From NCBI GenBank assembly GCA_016875645.1, contig VGPE01000001.1:1-36174 (forward strand): a DNA stretch of 36,174 nt, given 5' to 3'. Positions 1 to 8,314 of this stretch are shown in pieces; position 1 is the stretch's first letter, and each line of letters starts with the position of its first letter. Position numbers and translations under genes: made by a program. Under the pieces are notes generated by a model. The model saw nothing but the letters and a program-made list of their open reading frames with translations, was not told the DNA's origin and ran no database searches. The stretch comes from Chloroflexota bacterium. Lineage in GTDB: Bacteria; Chloroflexota; Limnocylindria; Limnocylindrales; CSP1-4.

Positions 1-20
1 AAGGACCGTGGCGTCCATCG

Positions 21-2354
21 CTAGCCAGCGAGAGCGGTCGGCAGCGCGCCGGCGAGCGCCCGTGGGGCGCCGGCCGACGAGCCCAGCTCACCGAGCAGGC
101 GCAGCGCGAGCGCCCGTGCATCGATATGAGACTCCAGCCGGGGGCCTGTGCACGCGGGGCAGCCGCCCTCGCAGCCACAATCGGCGATGAGCGCAGCCGC
201 GGCGTCGATCAACTCCGCGTGGCGCTCGAAGAGTCGCGCGGAAAGCCCGACACCGCCCGGGACCGACTCGTACAGGTAGATGGTCGGTGCTTCGTGGTGG
301 GGCGAGCGGACCTGCGTGACGAGCCCGAGGTCCCGCGGGTCGACCATGAGCAGCACGCTCGCCACCGTCTGCAGGGCTCGACCGGCGCCCAGGAGGGCGA
401 TGTCCAACTCGTCGCGACGCCATCGCCCCGCCAGACCCTCGGCGGTCAGCCAGTAGGCCGTTGTCTGGAGTTCGATCTCCGGCAGCTCGATCGGCCCCCA
501 GCCGACGTTCTCGTCGGTCACGAACTTGAGCTTCTTGTAGAAGGTCACGAGGCTGGCGACCATCACCTCGCCGTGATGGCGGCCCCCGCCGCGGACTGGC
601 GCGGTGGCGAACACGTCGAGCGGCTTGAGCGTGACCGCCCGATTGGCATAGGTGTAGTGGTCGGCATCGATGCGGTGGACGTACGCCTTGCGTTCGCCCC
701 ACTCGAGCCGGTCCACGTGGTATTGGATCGACTCGTGCATGTAGATCGCATGCTGGTGCACGAGCACCTGGGCGGAGAACAGGTCCACTTCGCCCAGCAC
801 CCGCGGCCGGTCCGGGCTGGTGTCGATGATCACGACGTTCTCCGGGGCGGCACTGCGCAGGGACACCTCCGATGCGGGGAAGTTCTCGCTGGACCAGTAC
901 CAGCGCCCGTCATCGGCATTGCGGACGTGGCCCTCCTCGGCGAGGAAGGCGAGGAGGTCGTCTGCCGGGCCCGGTCCGAACGTCTCACCCGGCTCGAAGG
1001 GCAACTCGAACGTGGCCGCCCGGATGTGTGCCAGCAGGACGTGGATGTTGTCCGGATCGAGGCGCGCCTCCTCGGGCGGCGAGTCGATGAGGAACTCCGG
1101 ATGGTGCACCACGTATTGGTCGACCGGCGCGCCGCTCGCGACCAGAATCGCCACGCTGGTCCCCTGGCGCCGCCCGGCCCGGCCCACCTGCTGGCGGGTC
1201 GCCGCGATCGAGCCCGGGTAGCCTGCGAGTATCGAGACGTCGAGGCGCCCGATGTCGACGCCGAGCTCCAGCGCGTTGGTGCTGACAACGCCCAGCACCT
1301 CGCCGTCGCGCAGTCCGTGCTCGATCGATCGCCGCTCGGTCGGGAGATACCCGCCGCGGTAGCCGCGAACGCGGCTTCGGGGCCCGTAGCTCTCCCGGAG
1401 CGACTCGCGAAGCCCGGACAGGATGATCTCCACCGAGGTCCTGGCGCGGCCGAAGACGATGGTCTGGCGGCCTGCGCGCAGGAACGGCAGCGCCCAGCGC
1501 TGGGCCAGCGTGAGCGGTGAGCCCCGGGCGCCGGTCCGACCATCGATCACCGGTGGATCGACCAGCAGCAGGTGGCGTTCGCCCGCCGGCGCCCCGTTCC
1601 GATCCACCACGGTTGTCGGCCGCCCCGTCAACGTGGCCGCGAGCTCCCCTGGGTTGCCGATGGTGGCCGAGCAGCAGACGACCACCGGGGTGGAGCCATA
1701 GTGGCGACAGAGGCGCAGAAGGCGCCGCAGGACGTTGGCGACGTGGCTGCCGAAGACGCCTCGGTACGTGTGCAGTTCGTCGATGACGATGACCCGCAGC
1801 TGCTCGAACAGCTGGAACCACTTGGTGTGGTGCGGCAGGATGGCCGAGTGGAGCATGTCCGGGTTGGTGACCACGATCTGGCCCGCGGTGCGGATTGCGG
1901 ACCTGATGGGCGCCGGGGTGTCCCCGTCGTAGGCAGCCGCGGAGACCGCCAGTGCCGACGCGGACGCGAGCGAGCCGAACTCGGCCACCTGGTCCTGGCC
2001 GAGGGCCTTGGTGGGGAAGAGGAGCAGCGCCCGGGCGGCGGGGTCCTCGGCGATCGACTGGAGGATCGGGATCGAATAGCAGAGCGTCTTGCCCGACGCG
2101 GTGGGAGTGACCACCGTCACGTCGTGACCCGCTCGGACGAGATCCACGGCCTCCGCCTGGTGGCTGTACAGCTCCTCGATGCCGCGGCCGGCCAGCCCGT
2201 CGCGGATCCGCGGGTCGAGCCAGGGCGGCATCGGCGCGAACTCCGCCGCCCGCGGCGGGATCACCTCGTGGTGGAGAACGCCGCGCGCCAGGGACGGTTC
2301 TGCCAGCAGGCCTGCGAGCACAGCCTCGACGGAGGCGGGGGCGTAGTGGCGCAT
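21..2354 (-). CDS. DEAD/DEAH-box helicase with C-terminal DUF1998 / MrfA-type zinc-binding domain (MrfA/YprA/Hrq1-like)
   Basis: 777-aa ORF with a verified ATG at 2354 (cat at 2352-2354). Helicase motifs: I 'TPTASGKT', II 'VIDELH', VI 'QQVGRAGRR'. C-terminal four-Cys cluster 'CGCEGGCPAC', typical of DUF1998. GGAG lies 6 nt upstream of the ATG on the minus strand. Confidence 0.9.
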   Translation of the reverse strand: MRHYAPASVEAVLAGLLAEPSLARGVLHHEVIPPRAAEFAPMPPWLDPRIRDGLAGRGIEELYSHQAEAVDLVRAGHDVTVVTPTASGKTLCYSIPILQSIAEDPAARALLLFPTKALGQDQVAEFGSLASASALAVSAAAYDGDTPAPIRSAIRTAGQIVVTNPDMLHSAILPHHTKWFQLFEQLRVIVIDELHTYRGVFGSHVANVLRRLLRLCRHYGSTPVVVCCSATIGNPGELAATLTGRPTTVVDRNGAPAGERHLLLVDPPVIDGRTGARGSPLTLAQRWALPFLRAGRQTIVFGRARTSVEIILSGLRESLRESYGPRSRVRGYRGGYLPTERRSIEHGLRDGEVLGVVSTNALELGVDIGRLDVSILAGYPGSIAATRQQVGRAGRRQGTSVAILVASGAPVDQYVVHHPEFLIDSPPEEARLDPDNIHVLLAHIRAATFELPFEPGETFGPGPADDLLAFLAEEGHVRNADDGRWYWSSENFPASEVSLRSAAPENVVIIDTSPDRPRVLGEVDLFSAQVLVHQHAIYMHESIQYHVDRLEWGERKAYVHRIDADHYTYANRAVTLKPLDVFATAPVRGGGRHHGEVMVASLVTFYKKLKFVTDENVGWGPIELPEIELQTTAYWLTAEGLAGRWRRDELDIALLGAGRALQTVASVLLMVDPRDLGLVTQVRSPHHEAPTIYLYESVPGGVGLSARLFERHAELIDAAAALIADCGCEGGCPACTGPRLESHIDARALALRLLGELGSSAGAPRALAGALPTALAG

Positions 2355-2370
2355 CCGGTGCTCCGATACT

Positions 2371-2382
2371 GAACAACTGTTC
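2371..2382. promoter_or_regulatory. Candidate LexA/SOS box (Cheo-box type, GAAC-N4-GTTC)
   Basis: Perfect palindrome GAACaactGTTC, in context tGAACAACTGTTCg. It sits 17-28 nt upstream of the helicase ATG, between a TATTCT -10-like hexamer (plus-strand agaata at 2394-2399) and the GGAG Shine-Dalgarno. Confidence 0.45.
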
Positions 2383-2514
2383 GCATTCGGCAGAGAATAG
2401 CAGCACGATCGAGGCTTGCCGTGCCACCTTGTCTGGCACGGATCGCGCCGGATTCCTGAGCACGGACGGTTCAGACCGCCGCCCGGCCCGCGCGATGGCC
2501 ATGCATGATTCGGG

Positions 2515-2543
2515 TTGACATGTCAGCTGCGCGCAGCTACGCT
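2515..2543 (+). promoter_or_regulatory. Sigma70-like promoter TTGACA-N17-TACGCT upstream of the FtsB-like gene
   Basis: TTGACA at 2515-2520, a 17-nt spacer and TACGCT at 2538-2543. The spacer contains the perfect 14-nt palindrome AGCTGCGCGCAGCT (2525-2538). The predicted transcription start falls about 2550, at the ATG at 2551. Confidence 0.45.
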
Positions 2544-2550
2544 GCCGGGG

Positions 2551-3138
2551 ATGCTGAAGGGGGAGCCGCCGAACCACGCGCGGCTCCCCGACTTCCTGGT
2601 CGAGGGCGCCAACCGCCAGTCCGCGTCCGGGGCACCGGGTGACACCTCCCTGGAACACCTTGGCGACGCAGGCGAGCGTCCAGCGCGCGTGGTCGGATTG
2701 CCGGTAGTGTCCACGCCGACCGGGGAAGCCGCCCTGGCGGGCCTGCCGGTCACCGCGCTCACGAAGCGCCGAGTGGGCTGGCTCGTGGCCGTCATCATGA
2801 CGGTCTGGGTGCTCGCGCTGTTCATCCGCCAGGTCAGCGATGCGTCGGCCGCCCAGTCGAGCGCGGACCTGATCCGCCGGGAGAACCGAGGACTGGCCGC
2901 CGAGGTCGAGGCTCTGAGCGCCGAGAAGGACCTCGTCGCGCAGGACGCCTACGTTGCGTTCGAGGCCCGCGCGTACGGCCTGGGCGACCAGCGCGAGCGG
3001 CGCTTCGTCCTCGCGCCCGGTGCCCCCAGCCTCGCGCCCGATGCTCCCGGCTCTGCCGGCCAGCGGGTCGGCCGTACCGAGCAGACGGGCACACCACTCG
3101 ACTCCTGGCTGGAGCTCCTGTTCGGTCCTGCCCGCTGA
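2551..3138 (+). CDS. FtsB/DivIC-like septum formation initiator family protein (single TM plus coiled coil)
   Basis: TM helix 'VGWLVAVIMTVWVLALFI' is followed by a coiled-coil 'LIRRENRGLAAEVEALSAEKDLVAQDAYVAFEARAYGLG...RRFVL', which resembles the PF04977 pattern. The ORF-track start at 2515 is the TTG inside the -35 hexamer, so the in-frame ATG at 2551 is preferred. A later GTG start is also possible. Confidence 0.55.
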   Translation: MLKGEPPNHARLPDFLVEGANRQSASGAPGDTSLEHLGDAGERPARVVGLPVVSTPTGEAALAGLPVTALTKRRVGWLVAVIMTVWVLALFIRQVSDASAAQSSADLIRRENRGLAAEVEALSAEKDLVAQDAYVAFEARAYGLGDQRERRFVLAPGAPSLAPDAPGSAGQRVGRTEQTGTPLDSWLELLFGPAR

Positions 3139-3290
3139 GGTTCCGGGTCCAGCCCGTGGCCGGGGACACCGGCCCCGAACGTCAGGTCTCTGCTTCCAGT
3201 TCCTCCACGGACAGCGTGCGGTCCGCCCAGTGGTCGTGCATCCATGCCAGGCGCATCCGGCGGCCGCCCGGGCCGCGCCGGCGCGTTCTG

Positions 3291-4364
3291 TCAGTAGCCC
3301 TGGTCCAACAGCGGGAAGGCCGACAGCACATGAGGAGCGGGCAGGGGAGCGGCCGGCACGACGAGCGACGGGTCGAGCTCGGCCAGGCTGCGGACACCCA
3401 TCAGTGCCATGTTGATCCGGACCTCGGATTCGAGCAGTTCGAGCATGCGCAGGACGCCCGCCTCGCCGCCGGCTGCGAGCGCGAGCCCCTCCAGGCGGCC
3501 GATGCCCACCGCGTCAGCGCCCAGGCAGAGGGCCTTCAGCACGTCCGTGCCGCGCATGATCCCGCCGTCGACCACGACCGGGACCTGGCGGTTGACGGCC
3601 GAGACGACTTCCGGCAGCGAATCGATGCACGCCCGGCCGTGGTCCAGCTGGCGGCCGCCATGGTTCGAGACATAGATGATGTCGACGCCCGCGTCCACGG
3701 CGCGCCGAGCGTCCTCGGCGGTATTGATGCCCTTAATGGCGAGCGGGATCGAGAACGTCTTCTTGAGATGGTCCACGGTGGCCCACGACATTCGCGACTG
3801 GTGGACGATGTCGGTCGCCACGGTCCGGATGGCGTAGCGCGGCACCCAGCGCTTGGCGATGTCCCGCTCGCGCCGGCTGTAGACCTGGGTATCTGCGGTG
3901 AGGCAGAGCGCCGCGTAGCCGGCCTTGACCGTTCGGTCGACCAGGTCGTCCATCCAGTCCCAGTCGCCGTACAGGTAGAGCTGGTACATCTTGGGTCCGC
4001 CGCCGATCGGCGCCACCTCCTCGAAGTCGGGCAGGCACACGGAGCTCAGGATCATCATCGTCCCGAACTCACCGGCCGCCCGCGCGACGGCCGCTGCGCC
4101 ATCTCCGTCGAAGAGCTGGATGGAGCCAAGGGGGGCCAGCAGGACGGGGATCCGCAGTTGCTGGCCGAGGAACGTGGTGCTGGCAGTGACCTCCGAGACG
4201 TCGTTGAGCACGCGCGGCCGGAAGGCCAGCATGTCCAGCCCCATCCGGTTGCGCCGGAGCGTGGTCTCCGTCTCGGCGGCGCCGGTCAGGTAGTCCCACT
4301 CGCCCTGCGCCAGGCGCCGCCGGGCGGCCTTGACGAAATCGTGGAGGCTCAGGAACTCGCTCAT
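3291..4364 (-). CDS. FMN-dependent alpha-hydroxy-acid dehydrogenase/oxidase (L-lactate dehydrogenase / glycolate oxidase family)
   Basis: The C-terminal 357 aa of the 984-aa track ORF, starting at MSEFLSL (ATG verified, cat at 4362-4364). Family signature 'YVSNHGGRQLD' and a TIM-barrel FMN_dh-like sequence throughout. The upstream 627 aa of the track ORF is antisense to the amylase gene and not protein-like. Confidence 0.9.
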   Translation of the reverse strand: MSEFLSLHDFVKAARRRLAQGEWDYLTGAAETETTLRRNRMGLDMLAFRPRVLNDVSEVTASTTFLGQQLRIPVLLAPLGSIQLFDGDGAAAVARAAGEFGTMMILSSVCLPDFEEVAPIGGGPKMYQLYLYGDWDWMDDLVDRTVKAGYAALCLTADTQVYSRRERDIAKRWVPRYAIRTVATDIVHQSRMSWATVDHLKKTFSIPLAIKGINTAEDARRAVDAGVDIIYVSNHGGRQLDHGRACIDSLPEVVSAVNRQVPVVVDGGIMRGTDVLKALCLGADAVGIGRLEGLALAAGGEAGVLRMLELLESEVRINMALMGVRSLAELDPSLVVPAAPLPAPHVLSAFPLLDQGY

Positions 4365-4673
4365 GGATCCAGGTCTCACTCCCCTTGGCTGACGGTGCCG
4401 TTGCAAGGGTGCCCGATGCGAGACGGAAACGACAGGCGTCTGTGCAGGGCGTGCCGGCTGGTCCACAATCCCCGCCATGCGCTGGACCTTCCGCCCGGCG
4501 GCGGCCATCCTGGCCGGCGTGCTCGTGGCGGCCTGCTCCATGGGAGTCAGTCGGGTGTCCAGTCCGTCTACGCGATCCAGTTGGCAGCGAGCGGCATGAC
4601 GATCCAGGTGCAGCTCCAGGGACCCTGAGGACACCCCGAGCATGCCTGGCCGAACCCTGCGCCTGACCCGATC

Positions 4674-7600
4674 GTGAGCCCGCACGCACGCTTCCGGGAC
4701 GCGGCTGGCAGGCCGCGTCGGACCCGGCCCGTGCCGGTGGAGTTCCATGTCGCCCGCGACGCCCGACTGTGGTACGGCGTGGAGGAGGCGCTGTTCACTG
4801 GCAGCGGCAACGTGGTCCTGCCGGACATGGCGGCCGCCCGCCGGCTGGCCATGCGGATGAACGATCTCGGGCCGCTGCCGGCGTCCGGGCGGACCGGCGA
4901 GATCGAGGGCCCGACGAAGCGGCCCGCCGTGCACGCCGGCCAGCTTTCCGCGATGGGCCTCGTGGACGAGATTCTCCACTCGCTGGTCGACCGGTTCCGG
5001 GAGACCGTGAACCCGACCGCGATCTGGGACGCGCTGCGGTACCTGGAGGCCCGGGCTGGGCGCGACGCCCTGGACACGACCCTGGCCGCGTTCGCCGAGC
5101 GATTCCCGACCGCGGCAGCGCTGCGGGCCGGGACACCCGCCGGAACCTGGCTGCGCGACTCGACCGGCGGCGTCGCCAACCGGGAGATCGCGCTCGAGGA
5201 GCTGCTGCTGCTGTGGCTTGTCAACGTCAACCCGGCGTTCACGCCCTTCGAGGAGCTCTTTGACGATGGGCCGCTGCTCACGACCGCGTACGACGACGTG
5301 ATCGCCGGCCTCGCGGCCTACTTCGGAACCCAGCCGCCGCTTGATGCGACCGGCCTGACGCTGATCGAGACGCTGCGGGCACCAGCGCTCGCCGTCCCGG
5401 ATTCCCTCGGCGGCCAGATGCGCTTCATCCGGGAGCGCTGGGGACTGGTCCTGACGGCGTTCGGCGACCGGCTGGTCCTCGGGCTCGACGTGCTGGCCGA
5501 GGAGCAGGCGGCCCTGGCGCAGCGCTTCGGCGGTCCCGGCGGCGGCCCCGAGGACGCGGAGCGGCGGGCGAGCCGGGCCTGGCTCGTGGAGGCCGGATGG
5601 TACGGGCCCGGCGCGGAGGGCGGGGACGCGACGGGGACCGGGGAGCCCGCGCCGGAGCGCTTCAGCCCGGACCTGGACTGGATGCCGCGCCTCGTGCTCA
5701 TGGCGAAGAGCACGTACGTCTGGCTCGACCAGCTCGCGAAGGCCTATGGGCGCTCGATCGTGCGCCTCGACCAGGTGCCCGACGAGGAACTGGACCGCCT
5801 CGCTCGCCTGGGCTTCAGCGGCCTGTGGCTCATCGGCCTGTGGCAGCGCAGCCGTGCCTCGGAGACGATCAAGCGGCTGCGCGGCAACCCCGAGGCCGTG
5901 GCGTCGGCGTACTCGCTCGACGACTACCGGATCGCCGACGACCTGGGCGGTGAGGCCGCCTTCGAGGACCTCAAGGCACGGGCGTGGGCGCGCGGCATCC
6001 GGATGGCGTCGGACATGGTGCCCAACCACATGGGGATCGATTCGCGCTGGCTGATCGAGCGGCCCGAGTGGTTCGTCTCGCTCCCGGAGTCGCCGTACCC
6101 GGCGTATTCCTTCACCGGCCCCGACCTCTCGCCCGATCCGCGGCTCTCGATCCGGATCGAGGACCACTACTTCGACCACACGGATGCCGCGGTCGTGTTC
6201 CAGCGCGTGGACCACGCCACGGGCGACGTCCGGTACGTCTACCACGGCAACGACGGTACGAGCACGCCCTGGAACGACACCGCGCAGCTGGACTACCTGC
6301 GGGCCGACGTCCGGGAGGCCGTGATCGAGACGATCCTGGCGGTCGCCCGGCGGTCACCGGTGATCCGCTTTGACGCCGCGATGACGCTCGCCAAGCGCCA
6401 CATCGAGCGGCTCTGGTACCCGGAGCCCGGCCATGCCGGCGGCATCCCGTCGCGCGCGGAGCACGCCCTGCCACGGCGCGCGTTCGAAGCGGCGATGCCG
6501 CGCGAGTTCTGGCGCGACGTCGTCGACCGCGTCGCGGCCGAGGTGCCCGACACCCTGCTCCTGGCCGAGGCCTTCTGGCTGATGGAGGGCTATTTCGTCC
6601 GGACCCTGGGCATGCACCGCGTCTACAACAGCGCGTTCATGCACATGTTCCGCGACGAGCAGAACGCGCAGTACCGGGCCGTCATGCGCAACACGCTCGA
6701 GTTCGACCCCGAGATCCTCAAGCGCTACGTGAACTTCATGAACAACCCCGACGAGCGGACCGCGGTGGACCAGTTCGGCAAGGGCGACAAGTACTTCGGC
6801 GTGGCGACGCTCATGGCCACGATGCCCGGCCTGCCGATGTTCGGCCACGGGCAGATCGAGGGCTACGCGGAGAGGTACGGCATGGAGTACCGGCGCGCCT
6901 ACCACGACGAACACCCCGACCCGTGGCTGGTGGAACGCCACGAGCGCGAGATCACGCCGTTGCTCCATCGCCGGGCGCTCTTCGCCCACGTCGACGAGTT
7001 CCTGCTGTACGACTTCGTCGACGACGACGGCGCGGTGAACGAGGACGTGTTCGCGTACTCGAACCGGCACGGCGGCGATCGGGCGCTGGTCGTGTACCAC
7101 AACCGCCACGCCTCCGCGTCCGGGCGCATCCAGCAGTCGGTGGCCTTCGCGCAGCGCCGGGGATCCGACCCGTCCGCGGAACAACCACTCGTCCGGCGAA
7201 CCCTGGTGGACGGCCTGGGGCTCCGGGTTGCCGACGGGGACTTCCTGATCCTGCGCGACGCGCGCACCGGCCTCGAGTACCTGCGCTCGACCCGTGAACT
7301 GGCGCAGCGCGGGCTTCTCATGGAGCTCGATGCGTACGAGTGCCGGGTGTTCCTCGACGTTGCGGAGGTCTCCGAGGGACCGGGCCGTCCCTACGGCCGA
7401 CTCGCGGCCGAACTGGGCAGCGGCGGCGTGCCGAGCGTTGAAGCGGCCATGCAATCGATCCTGCTGCGCCCGGTGCAGGAGCCGCTGCGCAACCTGCTGA
7501 GGCCGGCCGCCCTCGAGTCGTGGCGATCGCTCGCGGAGCGCGACCGCCCGGCGAAGATCGCGAGCATCGGCGCGGGCCTCAGTTCGGATCTCGCCGGCGC

Positions 7601-8306
7601 CATGGCCGACCTGCTCCATGCAGCGCGCGGATTCGTGGGTCGCGAGGACGTGGACCCGGGTGCCGCTGCGCTGGTGGACGCCCGCCTCGCGACCGCTGCG
7701 GCCCGCCTCGACCCGGCCGATCTGGTTGACGACGCGGACCTGGTCGCGTTCGTGGCAACCGAGGTCCTCGCCAGCCTGCCGACCGGACTGGGCGGGGGCT
7801 CACCGGACAGCGTCGGCCAGTGGGTCGACGCGTGGGGCCTGGGTGCCGTCGTCGCCGATGCGTTCCGGGGAGCCGGCCTCAATGAGGGAGCGGCGTGGCG
7901 GGCGCTGGACGCGGTGAAGGCGCTGCTGCATGAGCCCGCGGCGGACGACCTTCGGGCGGGCGCGGTCCTGGCGGCCTGGCTCGCGGACGAGGCGGCACTG
8001 CGAGCGCTTGCGGTGAACGAGCATCGCGATGTGCGATGGTTCGGCAAGGAGGCGTTCGCGACGCTGGTCCGCTGGTGGGCGCTGCGGGAGGGCGCGGCCG
8101 GACAGCCCCGTGCGACGGTGGCCGCCGCCGCGGCCGACCTGCTTGCGGCTGCCGCGGACGCCGGCTACCGGCTCGATCGGCTTGGCACGGTGGGGGCAGC
8201 CGCGATCACCGACATGGATCCCGCGGCCGAGAACGCCCTCGAGCTGGGAGCCGAGCCACTGCCGGAGATCGCGGTGCCGCCGAACGTGCCGATCCGTCCC
8301 ACGTAG
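4674..8306 (+). CDS. Large alpha-amylase-family (GH13-like) glycoside hydrolase domain protein
   Basis: 1210-aa ORF. GH13-like regions: 'RMASDMVPNHMG' (DxxxNH), 'VIRFDAAMTLAKRH' (GxRxDxxxH-like) and 'LLLAEAFW' (catalytic Glu region). Long Ala-rich C-terminal half. The start is uncertain: GTG at 4674, with alternative GTGs at 4731 and 4737. Confidence 0.85.
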   Translation: MSPHARFRDAAGRPRRTRPVPVEFHVARDARLWYGVEEALFTGSGNVVLPDMAAARRLAMRMNDLGPLPASGRTGEIEGPTKRPAVHAGQLSAMGLVDEILHSLVDRFRETVNPTAIWDALRYLEARAGRDALDTTLAAFAERFPTAAALRAGTPAGTWLRDSTGGVANREIALEELLLLWLVNVNPAFTPFEELFDDGPLLTTAYDDVIAGLAAYFGTQPPLDATGLTLIETLRAPALAVPDSLGGQMRFIRERWGLVLTAFGDRLVLGLDVLAEEQAALAQRFGGPGGGPEDAERRASRAWLVEAGWYGPGAEGGDATGTGEPAPERFSPDLDWMPRLVLMAKSTYVWLDQLAKAYGRSIVRLDQVPDEELDRLARLGFSGLWLIGLWQRSRASETIKRLRGNPEAVASAYSLDDYRIADDLGGEAAFEDLKARAWARGIRMASDMVPNHMGIDSRWLIERPEWFVSLPESPYPAYSFTGPDLSPDPRLSIRIEDHYFDHTDAAVVFQRVDHATGDVRYVYHGNDGTSTPWNDTAQLDYLRADVREAVIETILAVARRSPVIRFDAAMTLAKRHIERLWYPEPGHAGGIPSRAEHALPRRAFEAAMPREFWRDVVDRVAAEVPDTLLLAEAFWLMEGYFVRTLGMHRVYNSAFMHMFRDEQNAQYRAVMRNTLEFDPEILKRYVNFMNNPDERTAVDQFGKGDKYFGVATLMATMPGLPMFGHGQIEGYAERYGMEYRRAYHDEHPDPWLVERHEREITPLLHRRALFAHVDEFLLYDFVDDDGAVNEDVFAYSNRHGGDRALVVYHNRHASASGRIQQSVAFAQRRGSDPSAEQPLVRRTLVDGLGLRVADGDFLILRDARTGLEYLRSTRELAQRGLLMELDAYECRVFLDVAEVSEGPGRPYGRLAAELGSGGVPSVEAAMQSILLRPVQEPLRNLLRPAALESWRSLAERDRPAKIASIGAGLSSDLAGAMADLLHAARGFVGREDVDPGAAALVDARLATAAARLDPADLVDDADLVAFVATEVLASLPTGLGGGSPDSVGQWVDAWGLGAVVADAFRGAGLNEGAAWRALDAVKALLHEPAADDLRAGAVLAAWLADEAALRALAVNEHRDVRWFGKEAFATLVRWWALREGAAGQPRATVAAAAADLLAAAADAGYRLDRLGTVGAAAITDMDPAAENALELGAEPLPEIAVPPNVPIRPT

Positions 8307-8314
8307 CGCTCGAC

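Noticed and set aside
88-2658. Long ORFs overlapping the helicase (126-1520 +, 985-2658 -, 830-1543 -, 1572-2372 +, etc.)
   Set aside because: They are alternative-frame or antisense ORFs with Arg/Ala/Pro/Gly-dominated low-complexity translations and no recognisable motifs. The helicase frame carries all the conserved motifs.
4365-6245. Upstream 627 aa of the 984-aa minus-strand ORF (3291-6245)
   Set aside because: Only the last 357 aa (from MSEFLSL at 4364) are FMN-dehydrogenase-like. The rest is Arg/Pro/Gly-rich, antisense to the well-supported alpha-amylase-family gene, and crosses the divergent intergenic region. It is a typical high-GC shadow ORF.
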